Below, piece by piece: positions 1 through 8,380 of a DNA stretch of 64,000 bases. The number at the start of each line of letters is the position of its first letter. Position 1 is the stretch's first letter. The notes below the pieces were generated by a model. It ran no database searches, was not told the origin of the DNA, and saw only the letters and a list, made by a program, of their open reading frames with translations. The stretch is from Balneolaceae bacterium (GTDB lineage Bacteria > Bacteroidota > Rhodothermia > Balneolales > Balneolaceae): the NCBI GenBank assembly GCA_040905265.1, contig JBBDRW010000187.1, forward strand, positions 1,993 to 65,992. The letters run 5' to 3'. The translations under genes were made by a program, and so were the position numbers.

Positions 1-167
1 TCCCGCTTCTCTTCCAGCTCATCCAGTTCCACCATATACTGCACCATAAAGACTTCAACCAGAAGGTCCTGGTATTCAGGTTCGGAGATCATCTTCTCCG
101 GAGGAGCCGGCTCACTGTTGCATCCGACGACAATAAGCAACAGGATGGAGAGTATCGTCTTACGCAT
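1..167 (-). CDS. lipoprotein, N-terminal part only (gene runs off the window edge)
   Basis: Hand translation from the ATG at 167 (minus strand) gives MRKTILSILLLIVVGCNSEPAPPEKMISEPEYQDLL... with lipobox LIVVGC. The start overlaps the stop of the upstream ORF (ATGCGTAA). Confidence 0.55.
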   Translation of the reverse strand, partial: MRKTILSILLLIVVGCNSEPAPPEKMISEPEYQDLLVEVFMVQYMVELDELEEKR

Positions 168-324
168 TTTCATTCGGTGGCTTGGGGTTTAACGGACGCA
201 TTACGATCTCATTGATCAGCATATTGTCGGGTGTTTCGAGAAGGTGTATCAGTGCTTTGCTGAATGCTGCCCCGATGCCACTACTGGCACCGGTGACGAT
301 GGCTATTTTGTTTGATAGTTGCAT
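160..324 (-). pseudogene. short-chain dehydrogenase/reductase remnant (54 aa, in-frame internal deletion)
   Basis: Hand translation gives MQLSNKIAIVTGASSGIGAAFSKALIHLLETPDNMLINEIVMRPLNPKPPNENA*. The SDR N-terminal TGxxxGIG Rossmann motif is joined directly to a typical SDR C-terminal tail (INEIVxRP). The roughly 190 aa that carry the catalytic residues are absent. Confidence 0.6.
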
Positions 325-428
325 AAGTTCATCTGGAGTTGGATTTTGCTTCGTACGATCCGGGTATTCTCATCCGGTTGCTTATTTGCTACTAAGGGTG
401 AAAAGTATGAATCATTCAAACAGAATTC

Positions 429-1163
429 ATGTCTGAACTTTATATCGATGTCGGTAATACCTTTATCAAGGCTGCCCGCCGGGCAGAAGGTCGCTGGTCT
501 GTTGATTTCAGGGGAGAGATCGATGACCCTGACCCTTTTTACCGCTGGCTCGGCAGCCAGGACGATCCAACGATCACACTTTGTAGTGTCGTTCAGAGAA
601 TAACATCCCGGCTGGAATCAACATTCCCTCAGGGAAGCGGCAGGCTGGAAGTATTGCGAACAGCGCAGATACCGGATGCCATGCTCTCTTACAATACTCC
701 TGAAACCCTTGGAATGGATCGTTTTTTAGCTTGTCTGGGTGCCAGAAGCCGCAGTGGGTCGTCTGTTGTAGTCATAGACTCCGGATCAGCCTGTACGGTC
801 GATTACATGACAAAGGAGTCGGTATTTATGGGTGGTGTGATCATGCCGGGAATAGAGTTGATCCGGCGTGCAGCAGCCGATGCATTGGAGGAGCTTCCAG
901 AGAGCGACCTGCTCATCCCCGGTGAGTGGCCGGGAAAATCGACTCTGGATTGCCTTCGATGGGGAGTTTCCGGTGCATTTATAGAAGCAATCCGGGGATT
1001 TTTGAATCGTTTTGCATCGACATACGGCACGTTTGACCTGTTTCTTTCAGGCGGCGATGCAGAGAGGATCTATCACGCGATCAGCAGTGAATTTCATCCG
1101 GTGCACGATCCACACCTTCTGTTTGACGGAATGATGGCATTTAAACAGCTTAATGTGCAGTAA
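429..1163 (+). CDS. coaX: type III pantothenate kinase
   Basis: The N-terminus LYIDVGNTFIK, the length (244 aa) and the DSGSA.T motif are typical of CoaX. Confidence 0.9.
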   Translation: MSELYIDVGNTFIKAARRAEGRWSVDFRGEIDDPDPFYRWLGSQDDPTITLCSVVQRITSRLESTFPQGSGRLEVLRTAQIPDAMLSYNTPETLGMDRFLACLGARSRSGSSVVVIDSGSACTVDYMTKESVFMGGVIMPGIELIRRAAADALEELPESDLLIPGEWPGKSTLDCLRWGVSGAFIEAIRGFLNRFASTYGTFDLFLSGGDAERIYHAISSEFHPVHDPHLLFDGMMAFKQLNVQ

Positions 1164-1239
1164 ATTCCGAAATACAGGGTACAAATGTGCAGCCACCTCC
1201 GGATATTGGTTAATACAGGCTTTCCGGTCTGTTTTTGGA

Positions 1240-1491
1240 TTATCCTGACAGCCGGTCAGCCTCCGTTTCAATCGCCTTCTCAATTCGAATCCTGAGCTGT
1301 TCAGGAGCCGGAGCTCTCGGCATTCTTGTCCGGATGATCCATCGGATACGCACCATGCTCTTGTAAAGAGACCGCAATTCATCGTCCAGTTTCAGATACA
1401 ATTCGAAGGAATCATACTGGTCACAGTCTGCTTCTCCGTCTATGACCCTGGGAAGTAGCTGATAGGCCTCGTTTTTGCTTAATAACTTCAT
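1240..1491 (-). CDS. hypothetical small protein (83 aa)
   Basis: Intact ORF co-directional with and downstream of the crtI-like gene. No motif recognised. Confidence 0.4.
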   Translation of the reverse strand: MKLLSKNEAYQLLPRVIDGEADCDQYDSFELYLKLDDELRSLYKSMVRIRWIIRTRMPRAPAPEQLRIRIEKAIETEADRLSG

Positions 1492-1598
1492 AGATCGAAA
1501 CCGTTTAAAAGCCTGAATGTTCCATCTGGCTGGAGTATCCGGCGAGAGTCAAACAGTATGGTTTAGCTATAACATGGATCAGCTCTGAACGGTTCCGG

Positions 1599-3089
1599 TC
1601 ACTGTTCATGCCGCCGGATCAATTCAACAGCATGTCGTGCCGAAAGAAGTACAAGAGGAATACCTCCGCCTGGATGAGAACCTCCGCCTGTCAGGTAGAG
1701 CCCGTTGATCTCTGCAACCTTGTTTCTCGGTCGGAGAAAAGCGGCAAGCCGGCTGTTGGAGGATCGGCCGTATATGCTTCCCCGGTGAGAGAGAAAGCGT
1801 CTCCTGAAGTCAACAGGGGTAATCACCTGGCGAAAACGTATGGATTCACGGATACCTGAAAGTCCTTTCAGGTCCAGCATATTCAGGATCTTGTCTGTAT
1901 AGCTTTCTCGAATTTCGTTCCAGTCCTGGCCCTCTCGGACCCAGGGGGCATTTACCAGGATAAAGAGGTTTGAGCCTCCCTCAGGGGCATCCGATGGATC
2001 CGTATGAGAAGTATTTGCAATGTAGATTGTCGGGTCATGCGGAAGTATGCCCCGCTGGAAAATATCTGCAAATTCACGTCTGTAATCGGTGGAGAAGAAG
2101 ATGGTATGGTGTCTGAGCAGATCCCAGTTTCTGTCTGTGCCCAGAAGCAGAACAAACCCGGAAGAGGAGGGTTCGGCTCTCTTCAAACGTTGAATTTTGC
2201 CGGTTGAAACGGCGGGTGTCCCGAGAAGTGAGGTCAGGGTTTCTGTTGCATCAGAGTTGGATATAACCAATTTTGAGTCAAATGTTGTCCCATTTTCCAG
2301 CAACAGGCCGGTAACCCGGTTCCCTGACGTTCGAATCTTTTGCACACCGGTTTGAAACCGGAATTTCACCCCCAGTTTTCCGGCGAGTCTGTAAAGCGAT
2401 TCTGCGATCCGGAACAATCCGCCCTTGACATAAAATCCTCCCTGGTTGAGCTCAACGTGCGGTATCACATTCAGTGTCGCTGGAGCCTGAAAAGGAGAGG
2501 AGCCGTTATAGGTGGTAAATCTCTTGAAAAACTGGCGGAGATAGGGGGAGTGAAATTCACGGTCTATCCGGCTGGAAACCGTGCGGAATGCATCGATCCT
2601 GCACATGTCTGTAAGCCGAAGATCGGCCAGGTCACGGAGTTGGTAGAGCGGGTTGAACAGAAAGGCTCCGGAAGTTCGGATATAGAGACGTTGGCAGTAT
2701 TCCAGGAACTGCCGATAGGCATCGGCATCCTCCGGAGCAAACCGCTGAATCTCTGCCACCGAGAGTCCGGGATTCCTGAAGTTGTCAAACCGTGTGCCGT
2801 CCGGATAGAGGTATCGGCAGAGCGGTTCAGGTTCCAGGAGGGTCAGGTAATCGCCAGGCTTCTCACCACAGCTCTCAAAAAGCTCATTCAGGACATCAGC
2901 CATTGTCAACAGGCTCGGGCCGGTGTCAAACCGGTATCCGTCTTTTCGGATCTCCTGCATTTTGCCGCCCGGCCCGTCGTTTTTTTCAAACAGGGTTACC
3001 GGGTGGCCAAGGAAAGCAAGCCGGCAAGCTGTTGCAAGCCCTCCAAGGCCGCAACCGATAATAGCGGCCGGACTCTTCTGTTTCATCAT
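1599..3089 (-). CDS. phytoene desaturase family FAD-dependent oxidoreductase (CrtI/CrtD-like)
   Basis: N-terminal dinucleotide fold IIGCGLGGLATACRL...EKND.PGG. The 496 aa length and the C-terminal GG.HPGGGIP motif are typical of the CrtI family. Confidence 0.85.
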   Translation of the reverse strand: MMKQKSPAAIIGCGLGGLATACRLAFLGHPVTLFEKNDGPGGKMQEIRKDGYRFDTGPSLLTMADVLNELFESCGEKPGDYLTLLEPEPLCRYLYPDGTRFDNFRNPGLSVAEIQRFAPEDADAYRQFLEYCQRLYIRTSGAFLFNPLYQLRDLADLRLTDMCRIDAFRTVSSRIDREFHSPYLRQFFKRFTTYNGSSPFQAPATLNVIPHVELNQGGFYVKGGLFRIAESLYRLAGKLGVKFRFQTGVQKIRTSGNRVTGLLLENGTTFDSKLVISNSDATETLTSLLGTPAVSTGKIQRLKRAEPSSSGFVLLLGTDRNWDLLRHHTIFFSTDYRREFADIFQRGILPHDPTIYIANTSHTDPSDAPEGGSNLFILVNAPWVREGQDWNEIRESYTDKILNMLDLKGLSGIRESIRFRQVITPVDFRRRFLSHRGSIYGRSSNSRLAAFLRPRNKVAEINGLYLTGGGSHPGGGIPLVLLSARHAVELIRRHEQ

Positions 3090-3102
3090 AGGGTATCTGT
3101 AA

Positions 3103-4515
3103 TCAGTGCGGTTTCAGAGCCAGGCTGGCTACCGCTTCGATATGGTACGTCTGGGGAAACATGTCGACCGGTTGTACCGTTTCAATCTCATAGAGCTCTT
3201 TTAACTCTTTCAGATCCCGGGCCATTGTAGAGGGGTTACAACTTACGTAGACAATTCTCGGACTTTTTACGTCAAGCAGCTGGCGTACAACATCCGGGTG
3301 CATTCCCGATCGGGGAGGGTCCGTTACAATACAGTCCGGCCGGCCGGCACGTTCCAGCAGTTCAGTTTTGAAGGTGTCTTTCATGTCTCCAAGCAGGAAT
3401 TCCGTGTTGGATACGCTGTTTTCAGAAGCATTGGTACGGGCATTTTCCACAGCTACCTCAACGAGTTCTATACCGAGAACTTTGTCTGCGATATCTGCCA
3501 GATAGAGGCTAAGTGAACCGACACCACAGTAGAGATCGTAGAGAATCCTTCTCTCTCCACGCAAAACGAAGTTACGTGCGATTCCGTATAATTTTTCAGC
3601 CTGTTTGGTATTTGTCTGAAAGAATGCATTGGCATCGATCCTGAAGGTGTGATTCCCGATTCTGTCTGTAATGTGTCCAGGGCCGAAAAGTATCTTCTCG
3701 TATCTGCCAACGGCCGTTGGATTGGGCTGGTCATTGATATTCTGTATGATGGTTGTGATCTCCGGAAACTCGTTCAGCAGATGGTTCGACAACGTCTCCA
3801 TCAATTCAGTCTCCTCTGCATACGTTACGAGATTTACCATCCACTCATCCGTATGGTGTGAATTGCGAATAACCAGGTGACGCAGAAACCCCCGGTTTTT
3901 GGCTGTATTAAATGCAGGAATCTTATTTCTGATGCAATAGGAGCGTACTTCGTCCAGCAACCGGTAGGAGAGAAGAGGCTGCAGATGACACTCATTCAGA
4001 TTGAGAATTTTGTCATAACGGCCCGGTGCGTGCAGGCCGGCAAACAGGCCGGTATCATCTACAAATTCATCCCTGCGGATCTCCTCATCACTCAGCCAGC
4101 GCCGGGTTCCGAAACTGTACTCCATCTTGTTACGGTAGTAAAACGGGTTGTCACACCCCAGGATTGGTGAAACAATGGATGAGTCCAGATGGGCGATCCG
4201 TTCCATATGGTCCCGTACCTGCTGCTCTTTGAATTCAAGCTGACGGCCATACGGGAGGTGCTGCCAGGAACAGCCTCCGCAGTGAAATGCATGGCTGCAA
4301 ACCGGTTCAATCCGGTCCGGAGAGGGATGGGTCACTTCCAGTACTTTTGCTTCAAGGAAGTTTTTCTTTTTACGGACAATGCGTGCAAGAACCTTGTCTC
4401 CGGGAGCTGTGCCTGGTACGAAAACTGCCATGCCGTCGAGTTTGCCAACTCCTTTCCCCTTGAAGGCGGCGGATTCGATGGTCAACTCTACATCGGTACC
4501 TTTTTTAATGGACAT
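3103..4515 (-). CDS. rlmD: 23S rRNA (uracil-5-)-methyltransferase RlmD/RumA
   Basis: TRAM-like N-terminus (GKGVGK), Fe-S cysteines C..CGGCSWQH, and SAM motifs LYCGVGS and DPPRSG. Confidence 0.9.
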   Translation of the reverse strand: MSIKKGTDVELTIESAAFKGKGVGKLDGMAVFVPGTAPGDKVLARIVRKKKNFLEAKVLEVTHPSPDRIEPVCSHAFHCGGCSWQHLPYGRQLEFKEQQVRDHMERIAHLDSSIVSPILGCDNPFYYRNKMEYSFGTRRWLSDEEIRRDEFVDDTGLFAGLHAPGRYDKILNLNECHLQPLLSYRLLDEVRSYCIRNKIPAFNTAKNRGFLRHLVIRNSHHTDEWMVNLVTYAEETELMETLSNHLLNEFPEITTIIQNINDQPNPTAVGRYEKILFGPGHITDRIGNHTFRIDANAFFQTNTKQAEKLYGIARNFVLRGERRILYDLYCGVGSLSLYLADIADKVLGIELVEVAVENARTNASENSVSNTEFLLGDMKDTFKTELLERAGRPDCIVTDPPRSGMHPDVVRQLLDVKSPRIVYVSCNPSTMARDLKELKELYEIETVQPVDMFPQTYHIEAVASLALKPH

Positions 4516-4518
4516 GGA

Positions 4519-5061
4519 TCAGGAGATCTCCTCTTCGTAATAAGTTTTAAATTGAAGGGAGAAGGCTGTTTTCGTATCGGTTACATCGACCAGTTTTTGA
4601 GTCGTCCGTTTCAGCTGTTTCATGGCAATGGTCGAGACATTTTCCAGAAATTTTACAGCGATATCCGGATGTCTCTTTTTAAGCGTTTCAAAATCAGGCT
4701 TGAAGAAACCGTTCAGGGTACAGTCTGTGAGGCATTTGGCTGAGGACATACGCCGGAGTTCATACCCGATCGAGAGCATGCCGAATGTGTCGGGTGCGTC
4801 CAGGTCGAAGGTGATATTCCCGGTTTTGGCATCTTCCAGATTATTGACAACGATCAGTTGTACCCTTCCGGATTCGATAAAGTACATTCCTGTACCCGGA
4901 TCATTCTGATAGTAGATATACTCGCCCTCCTTGTATTTGCGGCGATGGCAGAATTGGAGAAATTCATATTTTTCGAGATTGGTAAAATTTCTCAGGAATC
5001 TGGATTTAAGCATCAGATTTCCTTGCTCTTTAATCCTCATAAGAGATCTCTTGTTAAACAT
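4519..5061 (-). CDS. cyclic nucleotide-binding domain protein
   Basis: cNMP-binding beta-roll (YKEGEYIYYQNDPGTGMYFIESGRVQL...FG). Start trimmed to ATG 5061 (MFNKRS), because the longer ORF would overlap the upstream Omp85 gene. Confidence 0.75.
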   Translation of the reverse strand: MFNKRSLMRIKEQGNLMLKSRFLRNFTNLEKYEFLQFCHRRKYKEGEYIYYQNDPGTGMYFIESGRVQLIVVNNLEDAKTGNITFDLDAPDTFGMLSIGYELRRMSSAKCLTDCTLNGFFKPDFETLKKRHPDIAVKFLENVSTIAMKQLKRTTQKLVDVTDTKTAFSLQFKTYYEEEIS

Positions 5062-5090
5062 AATAGGGCTTCTTCCTCTCTGCCGGTGGT

Positions 5091-7493
5091 TTAAAATGAG
5101 TGACCGATTCCAAAACTGAAATACATGTTTCGATTTTCCAGCCAACCCAGCTGCAGGTCGTGTACCCGGAATGCAAAATCAAAACGTGCTACAATATACT
5201 CCCAGTCCATACGAACTCCGAATCCGGAACTGACTGCAATTTGGCGATAAAAACGGTCAAAATAAAATTTGCCGTCTTCGAGAATATTGACATTATCCTG
5301 GTCATGAAAACTGTTTCTTGGGCCATACCAGACGTTTCCGGCGTCGCTGAACCCGGCAAGATACCAGTCTGCCGACAGAAGATCGTGAAACATAATTTGG
5401 CGGTATTCCAGAAATGCGGCCAGCTTTATCTCACCTCCGTTAATCGTCACTTCATCCGGCCGAATCTCACCCGGCCCGAGCCGGAACGGCGCCCAGCCCC
5501 GAATGTCATTGCTCCCTCCGGCAAAGAACCGGCGGCTTAGTGGAATCGTCTCACTCTCATTGTATGGGTGTGCATATCCTGCAAATCCACGCCAGGCGAG
5601 TACCGACTCCGGGCCGATCGGGTGATACCGCCGGTAGTCCAGAGAGAATTTGATGAACTGGCTGTAACCGAGAGAATTTCCAGAAAGCCCGAGGGGTGAG
5701 GGGAGGGTTCCGTTAATCTCACCGGCGCTGAACAGGTAGCGATCCATCAGGTAGGGAAGGTTCCCGCCGATAGAGAGGGAGTATTCACTGAAATATCCGT
5801 AATCCCGTTGGATCAGATTGGTGTTTTGACTTCGCAGTGTGTATCGGATAATGGAGGAGAATTGCGGACGAAAATCCTCCTCTATCCTTAAAAATTCAAA
5901 GGAATCTTCGCCAAATTCATCGATCAGGTTCTGACGGAACTCCGACGATGGGTCAGTATCAATAATGTCCAATTCAATCAGGTCGAGAAAACTTGAATAG
6001 CGGTCTGTATGGGGAACTTCATACCGCAGGTTAAACCGAATATCGGAATTGATGTCAAAATAGAGTTGATTTGATTGACTATATGTAAGGCTGTATCGTG
6101 TACGGCCACTGGTAAAGAGCGGGCGTTTATCCAGTGTTGCAAACGGAAAGTTGAGTCTCGGGACCGTATATTCTGTTCGTGCTTCGTAGCTCTGAAATAT
6201 TTGTGCACCGGATGTGGTTTGTGATTCGGAATCTCTCGGCGCAATTTCTCTTAGTGTTGAAGAGGTGACATATTCAAGGCTTGTATTGAAACCGATAGTC
6301 AGGTTTTCTGCGCGGCCGAATAGATTGTTATTACTATAGTTAATACCGGCGCCGGTTCCAAAACCGTACCGCCTCATTCCGAAAAATTCGGTTCGGATCG
6401 AATAGCGTGGGAGAGTTTGCAGGTCAAAGTAGACAGGAATCTCGGAGTTGGAGTAGTCCGGAAGTGACCCCTCCTCACTAAGCCCGAATCGGCGAATTGT
6501 CATCATGCCGAGGTTCTGAAATTCATTGACGCTTTGAAGGTAGAGGGAGTTGTTGAATCTGTCTCCGGGCTGAAAGAGTATCTGGTCGGTAAGGAGGTCA
6601 AATTCGGTCTGTGCAGTCGTATCTTTCTCGATATAGATGGTTTTCCCCCCTTCGGTAAATGGTGGTTCGCTCAGGGTCTGGGTCTGGGTGTACTCTTCAC
6701 CCCCTTCCGGCCCGGATAACCGGATATGGAGGTCACCAAACGTATAGGGAGTCCCGGAAGCGATCAGAAACAGCACATTGAGTAACTGGGGATCAACCGA
6801 ATCTCTGCGTATAAGGGCTCGCACGGAGTCTCTCTGGACCGATGCATATCCGTTGTTACGCATAAAATTGATAATCCTGGTCTGCTCTTCACGAAGCTGC
6901 TGGGCATTGTAGCGTACATCGGTTCGAAAGGTAGTGTCGTCAACCGCCTGCTGGCTGAACCGGTTATTCATGTAGAAACTTTCCAGTAATTCCGGGTTTT
7001 CAAACTCCGGAACGCCGGTATAGGAGATTGATTGGATCCGCGATGGAGGCCCCTCATCGATCAGGAAAGTCACTTCCACCCGTTCCGGCCTGTACTCAAC
7101 GATGGTTGTATCAATGGCAGCCTCAAAGAAACCGATATTCTCATAATAGAGCCGGATTCTCTCCATATCATTTCCGAGTACACTTCGGTTCAACAGGGCC
7201 GGAGACTCTCCGAAACGGCCGGTCAGCTGCCAGATATAATACCAGGGGGTAAATCGTGGTATACCCAGAAACTCCCGGTTGGTTTGAGTCCGTATCAGGC
7301 CGCGTAACGTCGCATTCCGTATATGTTCATTTCCGGTAAACCGGATTTTTCGTACAACCTCCCCGTCCTCTACTTCCTGAAGTCCGGCCTCCCCGTTTTG
7401 AAATGCAAACAGGAGACCGTTTCCTGGCTGTATCGGAGCGATAAACAGGAGCAGAAGAATCAGAATCCGAAGAGAATCAGTCAGTGACATCAT
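5091..7493 (-). CDS. Omp85/BamA-family outer membrane protein assembly factor
   Basis: Signal peptide, POTRA-like repeats (IRFTGN..., ISYTG...), and a C-terminal beta-barrel ending ...FSFGIGHSF. Confidence 0.8.
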   Translation of the reverse strand: MMSLTDSLRILILLLLFIAPIQPGNGLLFAFQNGEAGLQEVEDGEVVRKIRFTGNEHIRNATLRGLIRTQTNREFLGIPRFTPWYYIWQLTGRFGESPALLNRSVLGNDMERIRLYYENIGFFEAAIDTTIVEYRPERVEVTFLIDEGPPSRIQSISYTGVPEFENPELLESFYMNNRFSQQAVDDTTFRTDVRYNAQQLREEQTRIINFMRNNGYASVQRDSVRALIRRDSVDPQLLNVLFLIASGTPYTFGDLHIRLSGPEGGEEYTQTQTLSEPPFTEGGKTIYIEKDTTAQTEFDLLTDQILFQPGDRFNNSLYLQSVNEFQNLGMMTIRRFGLSEEGSLPDYSNSEIPVYFDLQTLPRYSIRTEFFGMRRYGFGTGAGINYSNNNLFGRAENLTIGFNTSLEYVTSSTLREIAPRDSESQTTSGAQIFQSYEARTEYTVPRLNFPFATLDKRPLFTSGRTRYSLTYSQSNQLYFDINSDIRFNLRYEVPHTDRYSSFLDLIELDIIDTDPSSEFRQNLIDEFGEDSFEFLRIEEDFRPQFSSIIRYTLRSQNTNLIQRDYGYFSEYSLSIGGNLPYLMDRYLFSAGEINGTLPSPLGLSGNSLGYSQFIKFSLDYRRYHPIGPESVLAWRGFAGYAHPYNESETIPLSRRFFAGGSNDIRGWAPFRLGPGEIRPDEVTINGGEIKLAAFLEYRQIMFHDLLSADWYLAGFSDAGNVWYGPRNSFHDQDNVNILEDGKFYFDRFYRQIAVSSGFGVRMDWEYIVARFDFAFRVHDLQLGWLENRNMYFSFGIGHSF

Positions 7494-7503
7494 ATTGGAA
7501 ATC

Positions 7504-7522
7504 GGCCGTTCTGTTAACGGCC
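7504..7522 (-). terminator. hairpin between the DUF2795 gene and the Omp85 gene (possible weak terminator)
   Basis: GGCCGTT (7504-7510) pairs with AACGGCC (7516-7522) around a 5-nt loop. Only a weak U-tract follows on the minus strand. Confidence 0.3.
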
Positions 7523-7540
7523 GGCCGGCAGAGGGGGGGA

Positions 7541-7795
7541 TTAAACGTCATCGTAATCGAAGCCTTCATCCTCCTCTCCATGGAAGAAGTCCTCTTTTCG
7601 TATATAATCGGGCCAGATATCTTCAATACCCTCATAAATCGTCTCTTCTCCCTCTTCAATCTCCTCGAGTTCGTAAAGATTGTCAATAAGCTGTTGTGAG
7701 AGGCCGTTTCTCTCCGCCCACTCGATTAATTCATCACGGGTGGCGGGAAAAGGGGCGTCATCTAGTGAAGCAGCTAGTTCTACAGTCCAGATCAT
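7541..7795 (-). CDS. DUF2795 domain protein
   Basis: FPATRDELIEWAERNG motif typical of DUF2795, with an acidic C-terminal tail. Confidence 0.7.
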   Translation of the reverse strand: MIWTVELAASLDDAPFPATRDELIEWAERNGLSQQLIDNLYELEEIEEGEETIYEGIEDIWPDYIRKEDFFHGEEDEGFDYDDV

Positions 7796-7946
7796 GTGTT
7801 TAGTCGGTTGTTAAGAATCTTTGAAGTTTCATTGGTTGCTATAAAAGATATGCACAGCAAAAAAGCAAGTGATACTGTAAAGAATTTTTTAATTTATTCG
7901 TTTCATTCACTAACGGTCTCTGAAATATTTTTTATCTTGAGAGGCA

Positions 7947-7981
7947 GGAGGCGTTGCAAAAACAGTTTTTGCAACGCCTCC
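7947..7981. repeat. perfect palindromic hairpin (16-bp arms, 3-nt loop), copy 1 of a short repeat
   Basis: GGAGGCGTTGCAAAAA-CAG-TTTTTGCAACGCCTCC. It lies in the divergent promoter region 48 nt upstream of tatA, with no flanking U-tract on either strand. Confidence 0.85.
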
Positions 7982-8028
7982 CGTTAATGAATTGTTTCAT
8001 CATAACCATTTAAACCTGGGAATATTTT

Positions 8029-8361
8029 ATGGGAATCGGCGGAATGGAATGGGTTCTGGTTGCAATGGCAGTTTTGCTTCTGTTTGGTGCTAAACGGATT
8101 CCTGAACTGGCACGTGGCCTCGGGCAGGGGATCAAAGAGTTTCGCAAGGCATCGGATGATATTCGCAAGGAGATAGACCGGGGCCAGCGGGACGTCATGG
8201 AATCGACAAAATATAATATCGGTGACGAACGGAGGGAAGATAAACAAAGCGGTAGTAAAACACCGTCAAATCCTGAAAAAGAGAAAAGTGCGGTTACAGG
8301 AGATGAAACTGGCTCAAAACAGCCTGAATCAACGCCAGAACGTCATAATCATAGCGACTAA
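8029..8361 (+). CDS. tatA: twin-arginine translocase subunit TatA/E
   Basis: TM helix followed by the amphipathic helix motif [25 protein letters not shown]. Confidence 0.9.
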   Translation: MGIGGMEWVLVAMAVLLLFGAKRIPELARGLGQGIKEFRKASDDIRKEIDRGQRDVMESTKYNIGDERREDKQSGSKTPSNPEKEKSAVTGDETGSKQPESTPERHNHSD

Positions 8362-8380
8362 TTCCTGATACACAGACAGA

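Noticed and set aside
182-603. The plus-strand ORFs 182-436 and 319-603 in the track.
   Set aside because: The first is the mirror frame of the SDR remnant. The second runs out of frame across the coaX start. Neither has recognisable features.
4519-5145. The longer 208-aa version of the cNMP-binding ORF, which overlaps the end of the Omp85 gene by 55 nt.
   Set aside because: The N-terminal extension (MAGKSKHVFQFWNRSLILNHRQRGRSPI) lies inside the upstream gene. An internal ATG at 5061 gives a normal 30-nt spacer and a complete domain.
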